DNA from: Octopus sinensis
Lineage: Eukaryota
DNA length: 64,000 nucleotides
Reading direction: 5' to 3'
Assembly: GCF_006345805.1 (NCBI RefSeq)
Contig: NC_043023.1
Location: forward strand, 15,190,001 to 15,254,000
Part shown: one piece after another, positions 37,291 to 53,092 of the stretch
How positions within the stretch are numbered: the first letter of the stretch is position 1
Layout of the letters: each line of letters starts with the position of its first letter
Translations under genes and position numbers: made by a program
The notes under the pieces: generated by a model
What the model was told of the DNA's origin: nothing
Database searches by the model: none
What the model saw: the letters and a program-made list of their open reading frames with translations, nothing else

Positions 37291-37859
37291 AATATCTATT
37301 GTAAAAATGTAAATGGTTCATCATCATCATTTAACATCCACTTTCCATACTGGCATGGGTTGGACGATTTTGACTGAGGGCTGGTGAGCCAGATGGCTGC
37401 ACCAGGCTCCAATCTGATCTGGCAGAGTTTCTACAGCTGGGTGCCCTTCCTAATGCCAACCACTCCGAGAGTGTAGCGGGGCTGTCCAAGAATTTGGACC
37501 TGGAGATCTCCATTTCCACTGACTTCAAGGGCCACCTCCCAGTGGTGTCGGGCATCAATGGAAAACGCCCTCGACTGCAACAAGACGACCACAGATTTTT
37601 TATTTCCCTTACCTGTCTTGTTGCTTAACAACAAGAGTGTAGTGGGTGTTTTTCAAGTGTGACTTGCACGGAAGGGGGGGGGGGCAGCCAGATGGCACTG
37701 GCATCGATGAGGCTCAAATGGTAGTTCTTTTGTGCCAACTCTTTATCTCACATTCACAGCATCATCATCGTTCAGTGTCCGTTTTCCATGCTAGCATGGG
37801 TTGGATGGTTCGACTGGGGTCTGGGAAGCCAGAAGGCTGCACCAGGCCCAGTCTGATGC

Positions 37860-39500
37860 CCTTTTCTCCATGCCGAGCAGGGCCATCTCCCTGACAGGAT
37901 CTGTCTTTGGTCTTTGCTAAATTTACTGTATGGTTTTTCAATCCAGATTTTGCTTCCATACCTGAAATTTGTTCTCTAATTGTGGTAGGGAACAAGGTCA
38001 TCAGCTTGGAAGAGATCCCAAGGGCAGCCAATCTTAAATTCCTTCCTAATGCCAACCACTCCGTGAGTGTAGTGGGTGCATTTTACATGCCACCAGCACA
38101 GGTGTCAGGCAAGGCTGGCAACGGCTATGATCGGTTGATGCTTTTTACCAGCAAGGAAGCCAGTCAAGGTGGTGCTGGCATCAGTCATGTTCGGATGGTG
38201 CTTTTTACTTGCCACCGGCACAGGTATCACAACTATAATTTCCATTTGATTTTTTGATGTTGATGTACTTGACTCAATAGGTCTCCTCATATATAAATGT
38301 AAGTTCCATGGATCAAGGTGTAGAATTGTATCAAGTAGAAGCACCAGCAATGCTATCTTCCTGGTGAGGCAAAAGCAGAAGTACTTGGTCAAAGATATAT
38401 CTTTGCATTTGGATTTTGTTGACATGGAAAAAGCTTTTGACAGAGTCCCCTACTCCATTATTTGGTGAGAAATAGAGAAGCTAGGGAGAGATGAGTGGTT
38501 GGTAAGATTGGCTGCCCTTGGGATCTCTTCCAAGCTGATGACCTTGTTATTATTGCTGAATCCCTACCAAAATTAGAGAACAAATTTCGGATCTTTTCCT
38601 TTTGAACGGCACTTTGTAACATAATTTCTAGTTAACTAAACACTTTTAAACTTTGTATACTGGAAGAATGTGTTTATAAAACATCATTTTTTCTTGGCTT
38701 TATTGAGAAAATTCTATAGTTTGTAAGATATTTCGTCTGAAAATTCGAGTATTTTGGCAATTTTAACCAATCGCTGGAGTCTATTTAGGTAAATATTCCG
38801 TGCTGTATGAATATGTCCCTCCTTTAAGAAACAGATTGGGTTTATTTACATTCGTGAAGAAAAAAGATACCCTTCCCACTCCCCTAACTCTAACTCTAAA
38901 ATAGATTGAAATGCAATAGATCGATACTAGGGCCGTAATTATGGGTGACATTTTCATTTGACACCGCTAGAAAAAAATCCCACTTTCTGTAGCGGTGTCG
39001 TATGAAATTGTCATCCATAATTATGGCCCTAGTATCGATCTATTGCATTTCAATCTCTTTTAGATTTAGGGTTCGGGGTGGGGGAATGGTATCTTTTTTT
39101 CTTCACAAATGTAAATAAACCCAATCTGTTTCTTAAAGGAGGGACATATTCATTATGCACAGAATGTTATTTACCTAAATGGAGGTCAGCGATCAGTTAA
39201 AATTGCCAAAATACTCGAATTTTCAGACGAAATATCTTACAAACTATAGAATTTTCTCAATAAAGCCAAGAAAAAATGATGTTTTATAAACACATTCTAA
39301 TAGTATACGAAGTTTAAAAGTGTTTAGTTAACTAGAAATTGTGTTGAAAAGCACCGTTCAAAAGGAAAAGATCCCAAATTTTAGGTATGGAAGCAAGATC
39401 TGGATTGAAAAACTATACAGTAAATTTAGCAAAGACCAAAGACAGATCTTGTCAGAGAGATGGCCCTGCTCTGCATGTAGAAAAGATGTCAGGAGAAACT
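37860..39500. mobile_element. RTE reverse transcriptase fragments (37860-38040 minus; 38290-38588 and 39375-39500 plus)
   Basis: AIFLVRQKQ...DFVDMEKAFDRVP; DDLVIIAES..LENKF/RVWKQ. Confidence 0.7.
38589..39374. mobile_element. GGATC-family element, long palindromic form (~385-bp TIRs)
   Basis: Two inverted arms; 8-bp TSD caaatttc / caaatttt; the empty site is visible in the paralogous RTE at 37964-37971. Confidence 0.9.
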
Positions 39501-40588
39501 CCATGTAGTGTACCCAGTACAAGCTATGGACACATATTGTTCATTAGATTATAGGCTGCAGATCGTGGGATAGCCTAAGCATGTCCAGCAGAGAACAACT
39601 GATCATCGTTGGGAACTGGAATGTGATACAATGGTGTCGAAATGATATATCCACAAGAAAACAGCAAATTAATGTAATTAAAATTGTTTGATTGAAAGCC
39701 ACACACATCATAATTAATGAGTTGATGCAAATGAGGAAAATGTAAAAAATTTATTTGTCTCAAAATAAGTAATACAATTGCTGTATTTTATTCCCCATTT
39801 TATCACTGGTATTGTTATTGATCAATATGAATAAATCAGGTTTAGTTAAATTACGTTAAGAGAATGATTTTGCACAGATAACACAGCAATATGTCTTCTC
39901 TCCTGTATGAATGCATTTAAAATTAGTTAAACAACATAATCCTAAGAGAATGATTTACTACAGATATCAAAACCAAAAATCAAAGTCATAATCGATCAAC
40001 ATCAATGGAATTTGTAGCTGTGATACCAAGGCCGGTGGCACATAAGTGAACCATCCGAACGTGGCCGTTTGCCAGTTCCGTCTGGCACCTTTGCCGGTGG
40101 CACGTAAAAAGTACCCACTACAATCACGGAGTGGTTGGCGTTAAGAAGGGCATCCAGCTGTAGAAACACTGCCAGATCAGACTGGAGCCTGGTGCAGCCT
40201 TCTGGCTTCCGACATCCCAGTTGAACCGTCCAACCCATGCTAGCATGGAAAGTGGACGCTAAACGATGATGATGATGATCACAGTGATACAATATCTCCC
40301 CAATCTAAGTGGATTTGTGATAAAAATATTTTCTCACGCAGAATGATTTACTGCAGATATTACAGTGCTTTCTCTCCTGTATGAATGTATTTGTGATGAG
40401 TTAAATATTGTTCCACAGACAATGATTTGCCACACCTCTTACAGTGAAAGGGCTTCTCTCTTGTATGAATACATTTATGAGTATATATAGCACATTCCCA
40501 AGAGAATGATTTACCACAGATATCACAGTGACATAGTTTGTCTCCTTTATGAATAGACTTAGAATGATTTACTGCAGATATCACAGTG

Positions 40589-41807
<1,219 letters not shown>

Positions 41808-42769
41808 TATTCTTCTGCAGTATGCAACACCAAAATATATTTTTCTTTTCTTCTTTATAAATGTCTTTGTTGATTCAAATACTTCTACTGCTATATTTAC
41901 AGCAAATCTGATCTTCTCGAATATCTGAAGATAATACAAAGACCTTCACAGATTTTTCCAAATTCAAACAGAATGTAAAATACTGGCAATGAAGAAAACA
42001 AACGTTCGTATTAATTCCAAAGAAATATTTCACAGTTATTCACCATAGATTTGTAATAGAAACAGGGTTATATATATTATTTATAATATCTTCCATTAGT
42101 CTTCAAAGGATGATCAATATTCATGATGTATCTGATGTAAAAACTCCTTTATACCACTAACATCTCATATTCTGAAATGACACAGAAACAGTAGAAGATA
42201 CAGGAAAGACTTGAAAAGCAGAGATTCAACTATAAAAAATATTACTACATTTTCATAATAATAAACTGTTTATATAAACCTTAACCCGAATAATTAGTCT
42301 CTATACACAGACTTCCGTTCCTTTACCTTCAGATATTATGTAAAATGTTAAACTACAAAATATTGGACAATAACTTCCTACTATCTTCAGAAATGTGATA
42401 AGTCACTGTTGTTTAGCCCGGAATCATCCCTGGCTGAACAGGTCTATTAATGAAATTAGGTTGTGTTCACGACTTTTAAAATAATAATAATGAAATTACT
42501 GTATACAGTGCTCAGGTGCACCACAACTTGTCAAAAGTGTGTATAAAGTATATGCAGTAATGTATAAATGACTGGAAAGTGAACAGTGTATGAGTCAGAT
42601 ACATGTTTGCGTGTGTATGGAGGGGAGAAAATCAGGTGTAGTGTTGGCGAATCTGAGGAAGCATGGAAAGAAGCCCGTCGTATATATGTGTATATGTATG
42701 TTTGTGTGTGTCCTTATGTGTCTGTGTTTGTCACACTAACATCGCTGGACAACCATCCAGTGTCAAATT

Positions 42770-43275
42770 AATCACAGAACTTGAGGCAATCCAACGAAGC
42801 TACACAAAGAAGATAGCCTCTGTGCAGCATATGGGCTATTGGGAAAGACTCAAGAGATTAAGACTCTATTCCTTAGAGCGTAGGCGAGAAAGATATGCCA
42901 TAATATACATCTGGAAGATCCTAGAAGGACTTGTCCCAAACTTTGGCATCGAGTGTTACACAAATACTAGAACTGGGAGCCACTGCATAGTGCCAAGGAC
43001 TACAAATTTGCCATCAAGATATAGGACAAGATACTGTGATAGCCTGGGCTTCAGAGGTTCACAGCTCTTCAATATCCTCTTGAAGGACCTGTGAGACCTG
43101 CATGGGGTGGATGCAGATGTCTTTAAAATAAAACTGGATCTCTTCCTGTCAGGTATCCTAGATGAACCAACTTCACGGCAGGAGGTGCAGATGAGGGCAG
43201 CTTCATCGAACTCTCTCATGCACCAAATGGCAATTGCTAAAAAGCATTCGTGAAGTAAAATCATGTAGCAACACC
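42770..43275 (+). mobile_element. CR1/L2-group LINE 3' end
   Basis: LEAIQRSYTKKI...YWERLKRLRLYSLERRRERYAIIYIWKILEGLVPN. Confidence 0.85.
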
Positions 43276-43654
43276 AAATATACTTTATCTAATTTTGACA
43301 CAGTTTGGCTAACCGAATACGGTTGCTTACAGCTCTAGTTAAGAATGCAAATGTCCAGTTCTATCTCATTATTATTATCATTGTTGTTGTTATTCTTTTG
43401 CACCGGCAGCCAGAGTGTTTGCCCATCCCACCCCCATCACCTATACTGGAAGTCCCTATGTTCTGAGCCCCATTGGATGCCTTTCCCCTGAACACCTCCA
43501 ATGGCTTAGATGCTCCCCCATCCATACTTAGTGTTTATCTCCTGTGGAATGCAGTGATAATTTAGTGCACAAAATAATGGTGTAGTGTATGCAGGTTGAA
43601 GGCTATTGTATGTTTATGAGTTCTGTCAAATTCAAGCTTTCTTTTCAGGTACCT

Positions 43655-44060
43655 GATGCTGCTGTCCCCCACCCCAGGGTCTTGCAGGCCCACACCTTCC
43701 ACAACCTTAGAATTGGCAGATTGAAAGATAGGTCTGGTGAGATTGTTGAGATTCTTGAATGGAGCCATGTAGATTTGTGCTGCTTCCAAGAAGTAAGGTG
43801 GAGAGGAAGTTCTACTAGGTTCCTCACAAGCAAAGAACGTAGGTATAAGATTTTCTGGGTAGGGAATACTGATGGAGTTGAGGGCATGGATATACTTCTT
43901 GCAGAGAGAATGGGTTGATAAGGTAATCAAGGTAGTCAGAGTCTGTGATAGAATACTTAAGCTTAGATTAGTGTTGCAACATGGGTTAGCAACCATAATC
44001 TTGGCTTATGCCCCTCAGCCAGGGTTACCTGATAAACAGAAAGACCGATTTCATGGCACC
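43655..44060 (+). mobile_element. RTE LINE AP-endonuclease fragment
   Basis: VDLCCFQEVRWRG..YKIFWVG..RVCDRILKLRL..AYAPQPG. Confidence 0.8.
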
Positions 44061-44064
44061 CTCT

Positions 44065-44460
44065 TCTACTTACTTGTACTTGTGGCGACATTCACCCCAG
44101 GCGGGTTGAGTCGGCTTCTTCTACCACCCTCGAGGCATCTCAAACCATGGCAGCCCACGCACGACGGTCCTGCGCCAGTTCACTGGAGATAGCAAGCCAG
44201 TCACGGTTCCATCGGCGCAGGCAGACCACCTGTGGACCCGTGAGCACAGAGAGGTCCTCCTTGATCATCGTAACCCAGGTCCTCAGCTGCCCGCCCATGC
44301 GTTTCCGCCAGTTGGGAAGTGGAGTTGGGAGGACATCACGGCTCAGTTCACCCACCGGATGCCTACATGCATGTCCAAACCACCGCAAGCGCCGTTGCAG
44401 AAGGACAGATGGAAGGGGCCCCAGAGATTGGCGGTGGGAGCATACTTTACTCGGACCAGT
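44065..44460 (-). mobile_element. Second RTE-family LINE 3' end
   Basis: RWFGHACR...GGQLRTWVTMIKEDL...LAQDRRAW; short tandem tail. Confidence 0.75.
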
Positions 44461-44911
44461 CTACTCTCATCACAACAGGTGCCATTCTAACCAAGATGCC
44501 CATCATAAATCCCTGCTTGGTGTCTGGTAAGAACAAGACCATGAAAACCGGATCTACAGAATGATTTAGCAAAAAATAAGTAGGCTGTATCATCCACTCT
44601 ACACCAAACACTATGACAAAAGCAGTAGGCCTCCAGTTTGTTCTAGAATATGTGGGTTGCTATCACAAATACTGCAAATCCTGAGACTCAAAACATGTCC
44701 AGGAGGACACAACCGATCGTAATTGGGAACTGGAATGTCAGATATTGGTGTGATAATGACACATCCACAAGAAAATAGAACAAATTAATTTAATCAATAT
44801 TATTTGAATGGAAAACACACATCATAATTAATGAGTTTAAGCAAATGAGGAAAATGGAAACAATTAATTTATTCAATAAAAAGTAATACAATTGCTGTAT
44901 TTTATTTCACC

Positions 44912-45520
44912 AGGCGTAGGAGTGGCTGTATGGTAAGTAGCTTGCTTACCAACCACATGGTCCCGGGTTCAGTCCCACTGTGTGGCACCTTGGGCAAGTG
45001 TCTTCTACTATAGCTTCGGGCCGACCAAAGCCTTGTGAGTGGATTTCGTAGACGGAAACTGAAAAGAAGCCCGTCGTATATATCATCATCATCGTTTAAC
45101 GTCCGCTAGCATGGGTTGGACGGTTCAACCAGAGTCTGGGAAGCCAAGAGGCTGCACCAGGCTACAGTCGGATCTGACAGTGTTTCTACAGCTGGATGCT
45201 CTTCCTAACGCCAACCACTCCATGAGTGTAGTGGGTGCTTTTTACATGCCACCTACACAGGTACCAGACGAGGCTGGCAAACGGCAACGATCAGATGGTG
45301 CTTTTTACGTGCCACGTGTGTGTACGATTGTGTGCCTTTGTTTGTCCCCGCAACATCGCTTGACAACCGATGCTGGTGTGTTTATGTCCCTGTAACTTAG
45401 CAGTTCGGCAAAAGAGAATAAGTACTAGGCTTACAAAGAATAAGTCCTTGGGTCGATATGCTCGACTAAAGGCGATGCTCCAGCATGGCCACAGTCAAAT
45501 GACTGAACCAAGTAAAAGAA
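44912..45520 (+). mobile_element. SINE family A interrupted by an inverted RTE tail (45083-45315)
   Basis: SINE head to gtcgtatata, then catcatcatcgtttaac..., then the SINE tail resumes. Confidence 0.75.
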
Positions 45521-46003
45521 AGATAAGACATCTATTTTATGCCAGTTATTTTTATAGATCAATATGAATAAGAATATGTTTAGTTAAGGTAGATTATTGA
45601 GAGAATGATTTAGCACAGATTACACAGTCATCAGAATCTTACCCTGTATGAATATGTTTGTGTTTAGTCAAGTAATTACGAGAGAATGATTAATCACTGA
45701 TGTCACAGCGTTACGGTTTTTCTCCTGTATGAATGTATTTATGTTGAGTTAACCCACATGGTAAAAGAATGACAGTGCTATGGTTTCTTTCCTGTATGAA
45801 TGAATTTGAGATTAGCTAAATATTGTTCCACAGAGATTGATTTAGCATAGTTATCACAGTGATAGGGCTTCTCTCTTGCATAAATACATTTATGAGTATA
45901 TATAGCACATACCCAAGAGAATGATTTACCACAGATATCACAGTTATATGGTTTGTCTCCTTTATGAATAGACTTTGAATGATTTACTGCAGATATTAAA
46001 GTG

Positions 46004-47476
46004 CTAGGGTTTCTCTTCTGTATGAATGTGTTTGTGAGAATCAAGGTAACGTCTTTGAGAGAATGACATTCCGCAGACATCACATTGATGAGGTTTCTCT
46101 CCTGTATGAATGTATTTGTGTTTAGTAAGGCCTCTCTTCTGAGAGAATGATTTACCACAAATATCACAGTCATGTGGTTTCTCTTCTGTATGAATGGATG
46201 TGTGAGAAGAAAGGTGACTTTTTTGAGAGAATGATTTACCACAAATATCACATTCATATGGTTTCTCACCTGTATGAATGAATTTGTGAGTAGTTAAATT
46301 ACATTTTAATGAAAAAGATTTACCACAGATATCACAGGGATATGGTTTCTCTCCTGTATGAACGGATTTGTGATAAGTAAGGCTACTCATTTGAGAGAAT
46401 GATTTACCACAAATATCACACTGATATGGTTTCTCACCTGTATGAATGAATTTGTGAGTCGTTAAATTACGTTTTAATGAAAAAGATTTAACACAGATAT
46501 CACATTGATATGGTTTCTCTCCTGTATGAACGGATTTGTGATAAGTAAGGCCAGTCTTTTGAGAAAATGATTTACCACAAATATCACATTGATAAGGTTT
46601 CTCCCCTGTATGAATGTATTTGTGAGAAGTCAGGTGAATTTTCTGAGAGAATGATTTTCCACAGATATCACAGTGATAAGGTTTCTCTCCTGTATGAATG
46701 GATAAGTGATAAGTAAGGCTGTGCTTATGGGAGAATGATTTACCACAAATATCACATTGATAAGGTTTCTCTCCTGTATGAATGAATTTGTGAGAAGTCA
46801 GGTGAATTTTCTGAGAGAATGATTTTCCACATATATCACAGGGATGTGGTTTCTCCCCTGTATGACTGACTTTGTGATAAGTAAGGCTATGCTTAAAGGA
46901 GAATGATTTACCACAAATATCACAGTAATATGGTTTCTCACCTGTATGAATGGATTTGTGATTCGTAAGGTTACTTTTACCAGAGAATGATTTACCACAA
47001 ATATCACACTGATATGGTTTCTCTCCTGTATGAGTGGATTTGTGACAAGTAAGGCTAATCTTATGAGAGAATGATTTACCACAAATATCACACTGATAAG
47101 GTTTCTCTCCTGTATGAATGGATTTGTGTTGAGTAAGGCTACTTTTATGAGAGAATGATTTACCACAAATGTCACATTGATATGGTTTCTCACCTGTATG
47201 ACTGTATTTGTGAGAAGTAAGGTGAACCTTCTGAAAGAATGACTTTCCACAAATATCACAGTGATACCGTTTCGCTCTTGTATGAATGTAATTGTGTTTA
47301 GTAAGGTGACTTTTATCAGAGAATGATTTACCACAGACATCACAGTGATATGGCTTCCCCCCTGCATGAATGAATTTGTGAACAGTGAGATTTCTCTTAT
47401 TACAATAAGTCTTTTTACAGATATCACATCGGTATGATAACGTTTTTCTTTCTTTTGTCATCTCTTGAGGATTCAT
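46004..47476 (-). CDS. C2H2 zinc-finger protein ZNF-e, 17 fingers, 490 aa
   Basis: ATG at 47476; 14 + 17 x 28 aa; acceptor at 47804. Confidence 0.92.
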   Translation of the reverse strand: MNPQEMTKERKTLSYRCDICKKTYCNKRNLTVHKFIHAGGKPYHCDVCGKSFSDKSHLTKHNYIHTRAKRYHCDICGKSFFQKVHLTSHKYSHTGEKPYQCDICGKSFSHKSSLTQHKSIHTGEKPYQCDICGKSFSHKISLTCHKSTHTGEKPYQCDICGKSFSGKSNLTNHKSIHTGEKPYYCDICGKSFSFKHSLTYHKVSHTGEKPHPCDICGKSFSQKIHLTSHKFIHTGEKPYQCDICGKSFSHKHSLTYHLSIHTGEKPYHCDICGKSFSQKIHLTSHKYIHTGEKPYQCDICGKSFSQKTGLTYHKSVHTGEKPYQCDICVKSFSLKRNLTTHKFIHTGEKPYQCDICGKSFSQMSSLTYHKSVHTGEKPYPCDICGKSFSLKCNLTTHKFIHTGEKPYECDICGKSFSQKSHLSSHTSIHTEEKPHDCDICGKSFSQKRGLTKHKYIHTGEKPHQCDVCGMSFSQRRYLDSHKHIHTEEKP

Positions 47477-48999
47477 TATTGTTCTATAGTATACAAACAC
47501 AAAATATAATTTTGCTTCCTTTTTTATATATTTCTATTGCTGATATTCCCAGCAGTTATGATCTTCATCAATATCTGAAGATGATACAAACACCTTTGCA
47601 GATATCTCCCGCTCCAAACAGAATGTGAAATACTTTAGCAAATATTCCAGGCAATGATGGAAACAAATGTTGCCATCAATTCAGAAGATATATTTCACAG
47701 TTTTCCACCATAGACAAATCATATAAACAGAGTTATGTCAAATATTTATAACATCTTCCATTAGATGATCAATATTCATGAAGTATCACTAACATTTCAC
47801 CTCCTGAAATGACACAGAAACAGAAGATATAGGAAAAACTTAAAAAGCAGAGATTCAACTATAAAAAAAATATAACTACATCTTCATAAGGATAAACTGT
47901 GGATATAATCCTTTAATTTGTCTTTGAAATTTATTTATGGTAATTTATAATATGGTAACCCTTTTGTTACCATATTTCTGCTGAGATTCAGTGTGTTTCT
48001 TTCAATTATTTTAAATATAATAAAGAACTTAGTAAACTAACTTAGTTATCATTCAACTAGTGTTAGGAACATAAATTGTAACTAAGGTTTGGTGGAAGAC
48101 TTTAATTCAAAACTTATGAAAACAAGACATTTTACCACAGAGCCAGAGCCGGTTTTGGCCGGGTTAGTAACAAAAGGGTGTGGTCTTTGAAATTTATTTT
48201 GTTATTAAAATTATATGATACAACCTTGTGTAATGTCTACATATACACGGACTTCAGTTCCTCTTCCTTCAGATATTATGTAAAACATTATCCCTTTAGT
48301 GTTCAGATTATTCTGTTAAATGTAATTCTTTTTCACTCAAATTGTTTTGAATTAATCATGCATTATCTTATAGCTTTAAGGTTTCAATGATGTGATTGTT
48401 TATTTCTAGAATGTCAATGTAGGTTAGGTGTGAGAGGCCAGATACCGCCAGTTTGAATATAAAACATGCAGAATATCTGGGCCTGATATGGCCGGTTTAA
48501 ACAATAAAGGGTTCAACTATAGGATATTGGACAATAATATGATAAGTGACTACTGTTTAACCCTAGGTTATCCCTGACTGAGCAGATCTATTATTAATGA
48601 AATTAGGTAATGTTCATGATTGTTACAACTTCTGTAACAGATCAAACATAAACATAAACTACAATTTAGTGAACCAACCCATCATGACTTTTCCTCTCCT
48701 AACTTTATTAATAATAAAAACAAACTGCACTCACATATGTTGAAGGTGTGGTCACTAATTTAGAGAAAGTGTTCTGTGAATTGACGTATGAAGAGTAGAG
48801 CCAGGACAGAATGGCGATCCTTCGGTATAGGTACACACGTGACTTTGTTTACATTTCTGAAGATAACAGAAACCCTTTTCTCCCCCCCCCCACCATATAA
48901 AAAAACACTTTTTTGAAATGTATCCGGTACTTACGGAAGTACACCGGTACTTATACCGTAAGATCGCCTTTCTTTTTAAAATAAAGTAAATAAAACACA

Positions 49000-49340
49000 G
49001 GTACTACTAGCGAAGACTGGACCCGGTACGCGCTAGCTAGTCGTAATTAGTCGATCCTACAAAGACTTGCGCGTATGCAAATGAGTTGATTTTACAGAAT
49101 AAAATAAAAGAATTTTTTAAAGAAAGTAAATAAATTATTTCTTAGAACAATGTATATGATTTTTTTACACAAATCAAATAAAATGTGTGTGATATATTCT
49201 TTTAGTTTTCATATTCTTTCGTAAATAATTTCTTTTTCCTTAAACTAAGGAAATAAAACAAAAACACAAAGTAAGGATCCACTAGTCACGACTAACAAGC
49301 GCGAGTGCGCACACCGGGACCACTCTTCTAGAGTAGTACC
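49000..49340. mobile_element. GGTAC-family MITE
   Basis: GGTACTACT...AGTAGTACC termini; related to 616-812. Confidence 0.7.
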
Positions 49341-49767
49341 CATCGCCAGTTTATGACATTTGCCGATTCTGTCTACAAAAGGCTGTATCTGCTTTTTATC
49401 ATAGTGCTATCACTGGCCACATGTTTCAGTTAGCTATTGATGTTTTATGATGTTGCAGATTATTTATTCTGAGAAGCTGAAATGGACAGAATTATTAACG
49501 TGTATCATTTTGACAGAATAAACAGCAAATACAGATGTTTAGCAAATGATACATCTGTGATAAAACAACAAACAGCTTTGAATGGACACAACCAGCAAAT
49601 GGATTATCTACCAAAATAATTGAAATTAAAAACCAGGTGCTTTACTGGACAATAGAATTAATATCGATTTCAGACTAGTATTATTTAAAACTATCAATAC
49701 TGTCTGGATTTTCCAATTAGCCAGATACATAGGCTTTTACTAAAAGAAAATATGTATTACAACTTAC

Positions 49768-50185
49768 CTCTGATGATAATTTAGTCGCTGTTTTATAAGA
49801 AATATTTTTAACACTCGAACGAGGGGAAATATTACTGGAAGACACATAGAAAAGCCGACACGGAAAGTCAACGAAACGAACTAACAATCCGGTTGTTGTG
49901 CGCTTCGTATTTACTCACTTTTGTCTGATGCTGAATTTAAGGTGGTAAACTGTTAATGTTTGTTATAACTATAATAAATTTTTGAAAGTGTGAATACACA
50001 CTCGAACGAGCGGGAAATATTACTGGAAGACACATAGAAAAGCCGACACGGAATGTCAACGAAACGAACTAACAATCCGGTTGTTGTGCGCTTCGTATTG
50101 ACTCACTTTTGTCTGATGCTGAAATTAAGGTGGTAAACTGTTAATGTTTGTTTATAACTATAATAAATTTTTGAAAGTGTGAATT
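49768..50185 (-). promoter_or_regulatory. Conserved ZNF first-exon/promoter cassette 3 (for ZNF-e), core tandemly duplicated
   Basis: Donor catcagag|gtaagt at 49768/49767; ~187-bp duplication (49811-49995, 49998-50185); core motif at 49850-49880 and 50038-50068. Confidence 0.65.
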
Positions 50186-50387
50186 GGGCCAAGGTAACGA
50201 ATAGCCACACTACCCGTTTTTGGCGGTTACGGTTACGCCGGAGTCACATAACATATTTAACTTCTTTATTTTCATATAAAGCATATAAGCTGGTACAACT
50301 TATAGAACATTGCCATTTTATGAGATTTTGCTGGCAAATTTCAAATTAATGTAAACAATAGCGGTGTTGGTGGCAACAACAACATTC

Positions 50388-51166
50388 GGATCCTTTCCTT
50401 TTGAACGGCAGTTTTTTAACATAATTTCTAGGTAACTAAACACTTTTAAAATTCGTATACTGGTAGAATGTGTTTATAAAACATCATTTTCTCTTGGCTT
50501 TATTGAGAAAATTCTATATGTTATAACATATTTCGACTTTAATTTCGAGCATTTCGGAAGTTTTAACAAATCGCTGACGTCCATTTGGGGTGAAAACATT
50601 CTGTGCATAATGAATATGTCCTTCCTTTAAGAAACAGATTGGGTTTATTTACATTTGTGAAGAAAAAAGATACCCTTCCCCCACCCCTAACCCTAACTCT
50701 AAAACAGATTCAAATGCAATAGATCGATACTAGGGTTATAATTATGGGTGACAATTTCATACGACACCGCTACGGAAAATGGGATTTTTTTCTAGCGATG
50801 TCAAATGAAAATGTCACCCATAATTATGGCCCTAGTATCGATCTATTGCATTTCAATCTATTTTAGGGTTAGGGGCGGGGGTTATCTTTTTTTCTTCGCA
50901 AATGTAAATAAACCCAATCTGTTTCTTAAACGAGGGACATATTCATACAGCACGGAATGTTGTTTACGTCAATGGAGGTCAGCGATTGGTTAAAATTGCC
51001 GAAATGCTTGAAATTAAAGACGAAGTATGTTACAATATATGGAATTTTCTCAATAAAGACAAGAAAAAATGATGTTTTATAACACATTCTACCAGTATAC
51101 GAAGTTTAAAAGTGTTTACTTAACTAGAAATTGTGTTGAAAAGTGCCGTTCAAAAGGAAAAGATCC
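50388..51166. mobile_element. GGATC-family element, long palindromic form
   Basis: Same two-arm structure as 38589-39374; no TSD visible. Confidence 0.85.
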
Positions 51167-51557
51167 ACGATAACAACCACATCACCCACAACAATAACAA
51201 TAAGTTCAACACAAACACCTCCAACAACAGTGGAGGCGCAATGGTCAGTGGTTAGAGCAGCGATCTCGCGGTCGGAGGATCACGGTTTCGATTCCCAGAC
51301 CGGGCGTTGTGTGTGTGTTTATTGAGCGAAAACACCCAAGGCTCCGGCAGTGGGTGGCGACCCCAGTTGTACTCTTTTGCTCCAACTTTCTCTCATTCTT
51401 TCTTCCTGTTTCTTGTCCCCGACTTCCTACGCAACCGCTGAGCCTGGATGCGCATTCATCCATCCGTCGATGCTCTCGGTGTCGGGGGTTGACCTGCTTT
51501 CTCTTTTGCGGGTCTTACGAATAGCAAAGGACCACGCTTCTCCCACGACAGAGGCGC

Positions 51558-52456
51558 GATCTTATGGGCAAATCACCCTACGATTTAACGAAACAACCCT
51601 CAGTCTCTGGGAAGAACATGAGCAATGCTCTGGAGGCAATATGAGAGACAGCAGAGAGCTATTCCAGCTGGATCTGGTCGAAGAGGAATAAAGACGAAAT
51701 ATAAAGTTTGAAGGCATTTCTTTCTGTTTAATGCTCAGGGAAGTAACTCTGAGCCATTTTAATATCACTGATGTTTCACCCCTACCATGAAATCAAACGT
51801 TATTTCTTCTTTCAGCACTAATTTGAAGGTTTAATTAACGGGGAGAAGTTACATCTAGATGAAATTTCGGGCGATTTAAATGTAAAAGTCTCCCATTCTC
51901 TGTATCTTGATATTTAATTAAATAATATCAACAAATTTGCGGATTCTGTGGACAGCGAGGCTCACCAATGGAGAAGTTCTTAGGCAGAAAAGACCGAAAA
52001 TGTCGCTAGAAGATGGGATCACCAAGCATAGATTGGCATATTTTGGGCATATTATGCAGAGAAAATCCCTGGAGAAGGACATCGTGCTCGGAATGGTCAG
52101 TGGCAAGAGAGGAAGATGCCGACCAAGAACCCGCTGGCTTGACACCATCAACAGTGATACCGGAATGGACATAGCCAATCTGAAAGAAGCGGCCCAGGAT
52201 AGAACTGACTGGAGGACACTGATCCAACGAGTGACCGAGAGTCGACTTCGAGTGAGCGGATAGAGAGAAAATAAACGCTTATAGTATGTTAGTTTGGAGA
52301 CGTGTGTGACTTTTATCATACACTGATCCACTGTGAATTCTATAATTTACGTGTGTCTCACCATTACATTTGGTAGAATGTTCTGCGTATAAAATGAGAG
52401 GAGAAAAAAAGAGTAAGACAACTTTAATTTTCTTTCTGTTTATTAAATTAATTCAC
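51558..52456. repeat. Duplicated ZNF 3'-flank block (Hero end, RTE end, poly(A) region)
   Basis: Near-identical to ~23995-24905. Confidence 0.9.
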
Positions 52457-52756
52457 AATATCACTGATATTGTTATTGAGTAATATGGATACATATATGT
52501 TAAGTTCAGGTACATTATTGAGAGAATGATTTACCAAAGATAACACAGCCACAAGAATCCAATCTTGTATGAATATGTTTGTATTTCGTTAAGTAATTAC
52601 AAGAGAATGACATCACAGATGCCACAGTGTTGTGCTTTTTGTCACCCTTATGAATGCATTTGGGATTAGTTATATATTGTTCCACACAGAATGATTTACT
52701 ATACATATCACAGTGATAGGTCTTCTCTCCTATAAGAAAATATTTATGAGTATATA

Positions 52757-53092
<336 letters not shown>

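Larger units (their letters stand above)
34937..37675. repeat. Segmental direct duplication, copy 1 (~2.75 kb)
   Basis: Near-identical to 61233-64000 in the same orientation. Confidence 0.95.

Noticed and set aside
41808-41939. 44-aa N-terminal extension of ZNF-d (MYYLQIFEK...) and the shorter GTG/TTG extensions of the other genes
   Set aside because: Non-ATG starts; the frame is broken by indels and stops in paralogues (checked in ZNF-b), so it is treated as 5' UTR.
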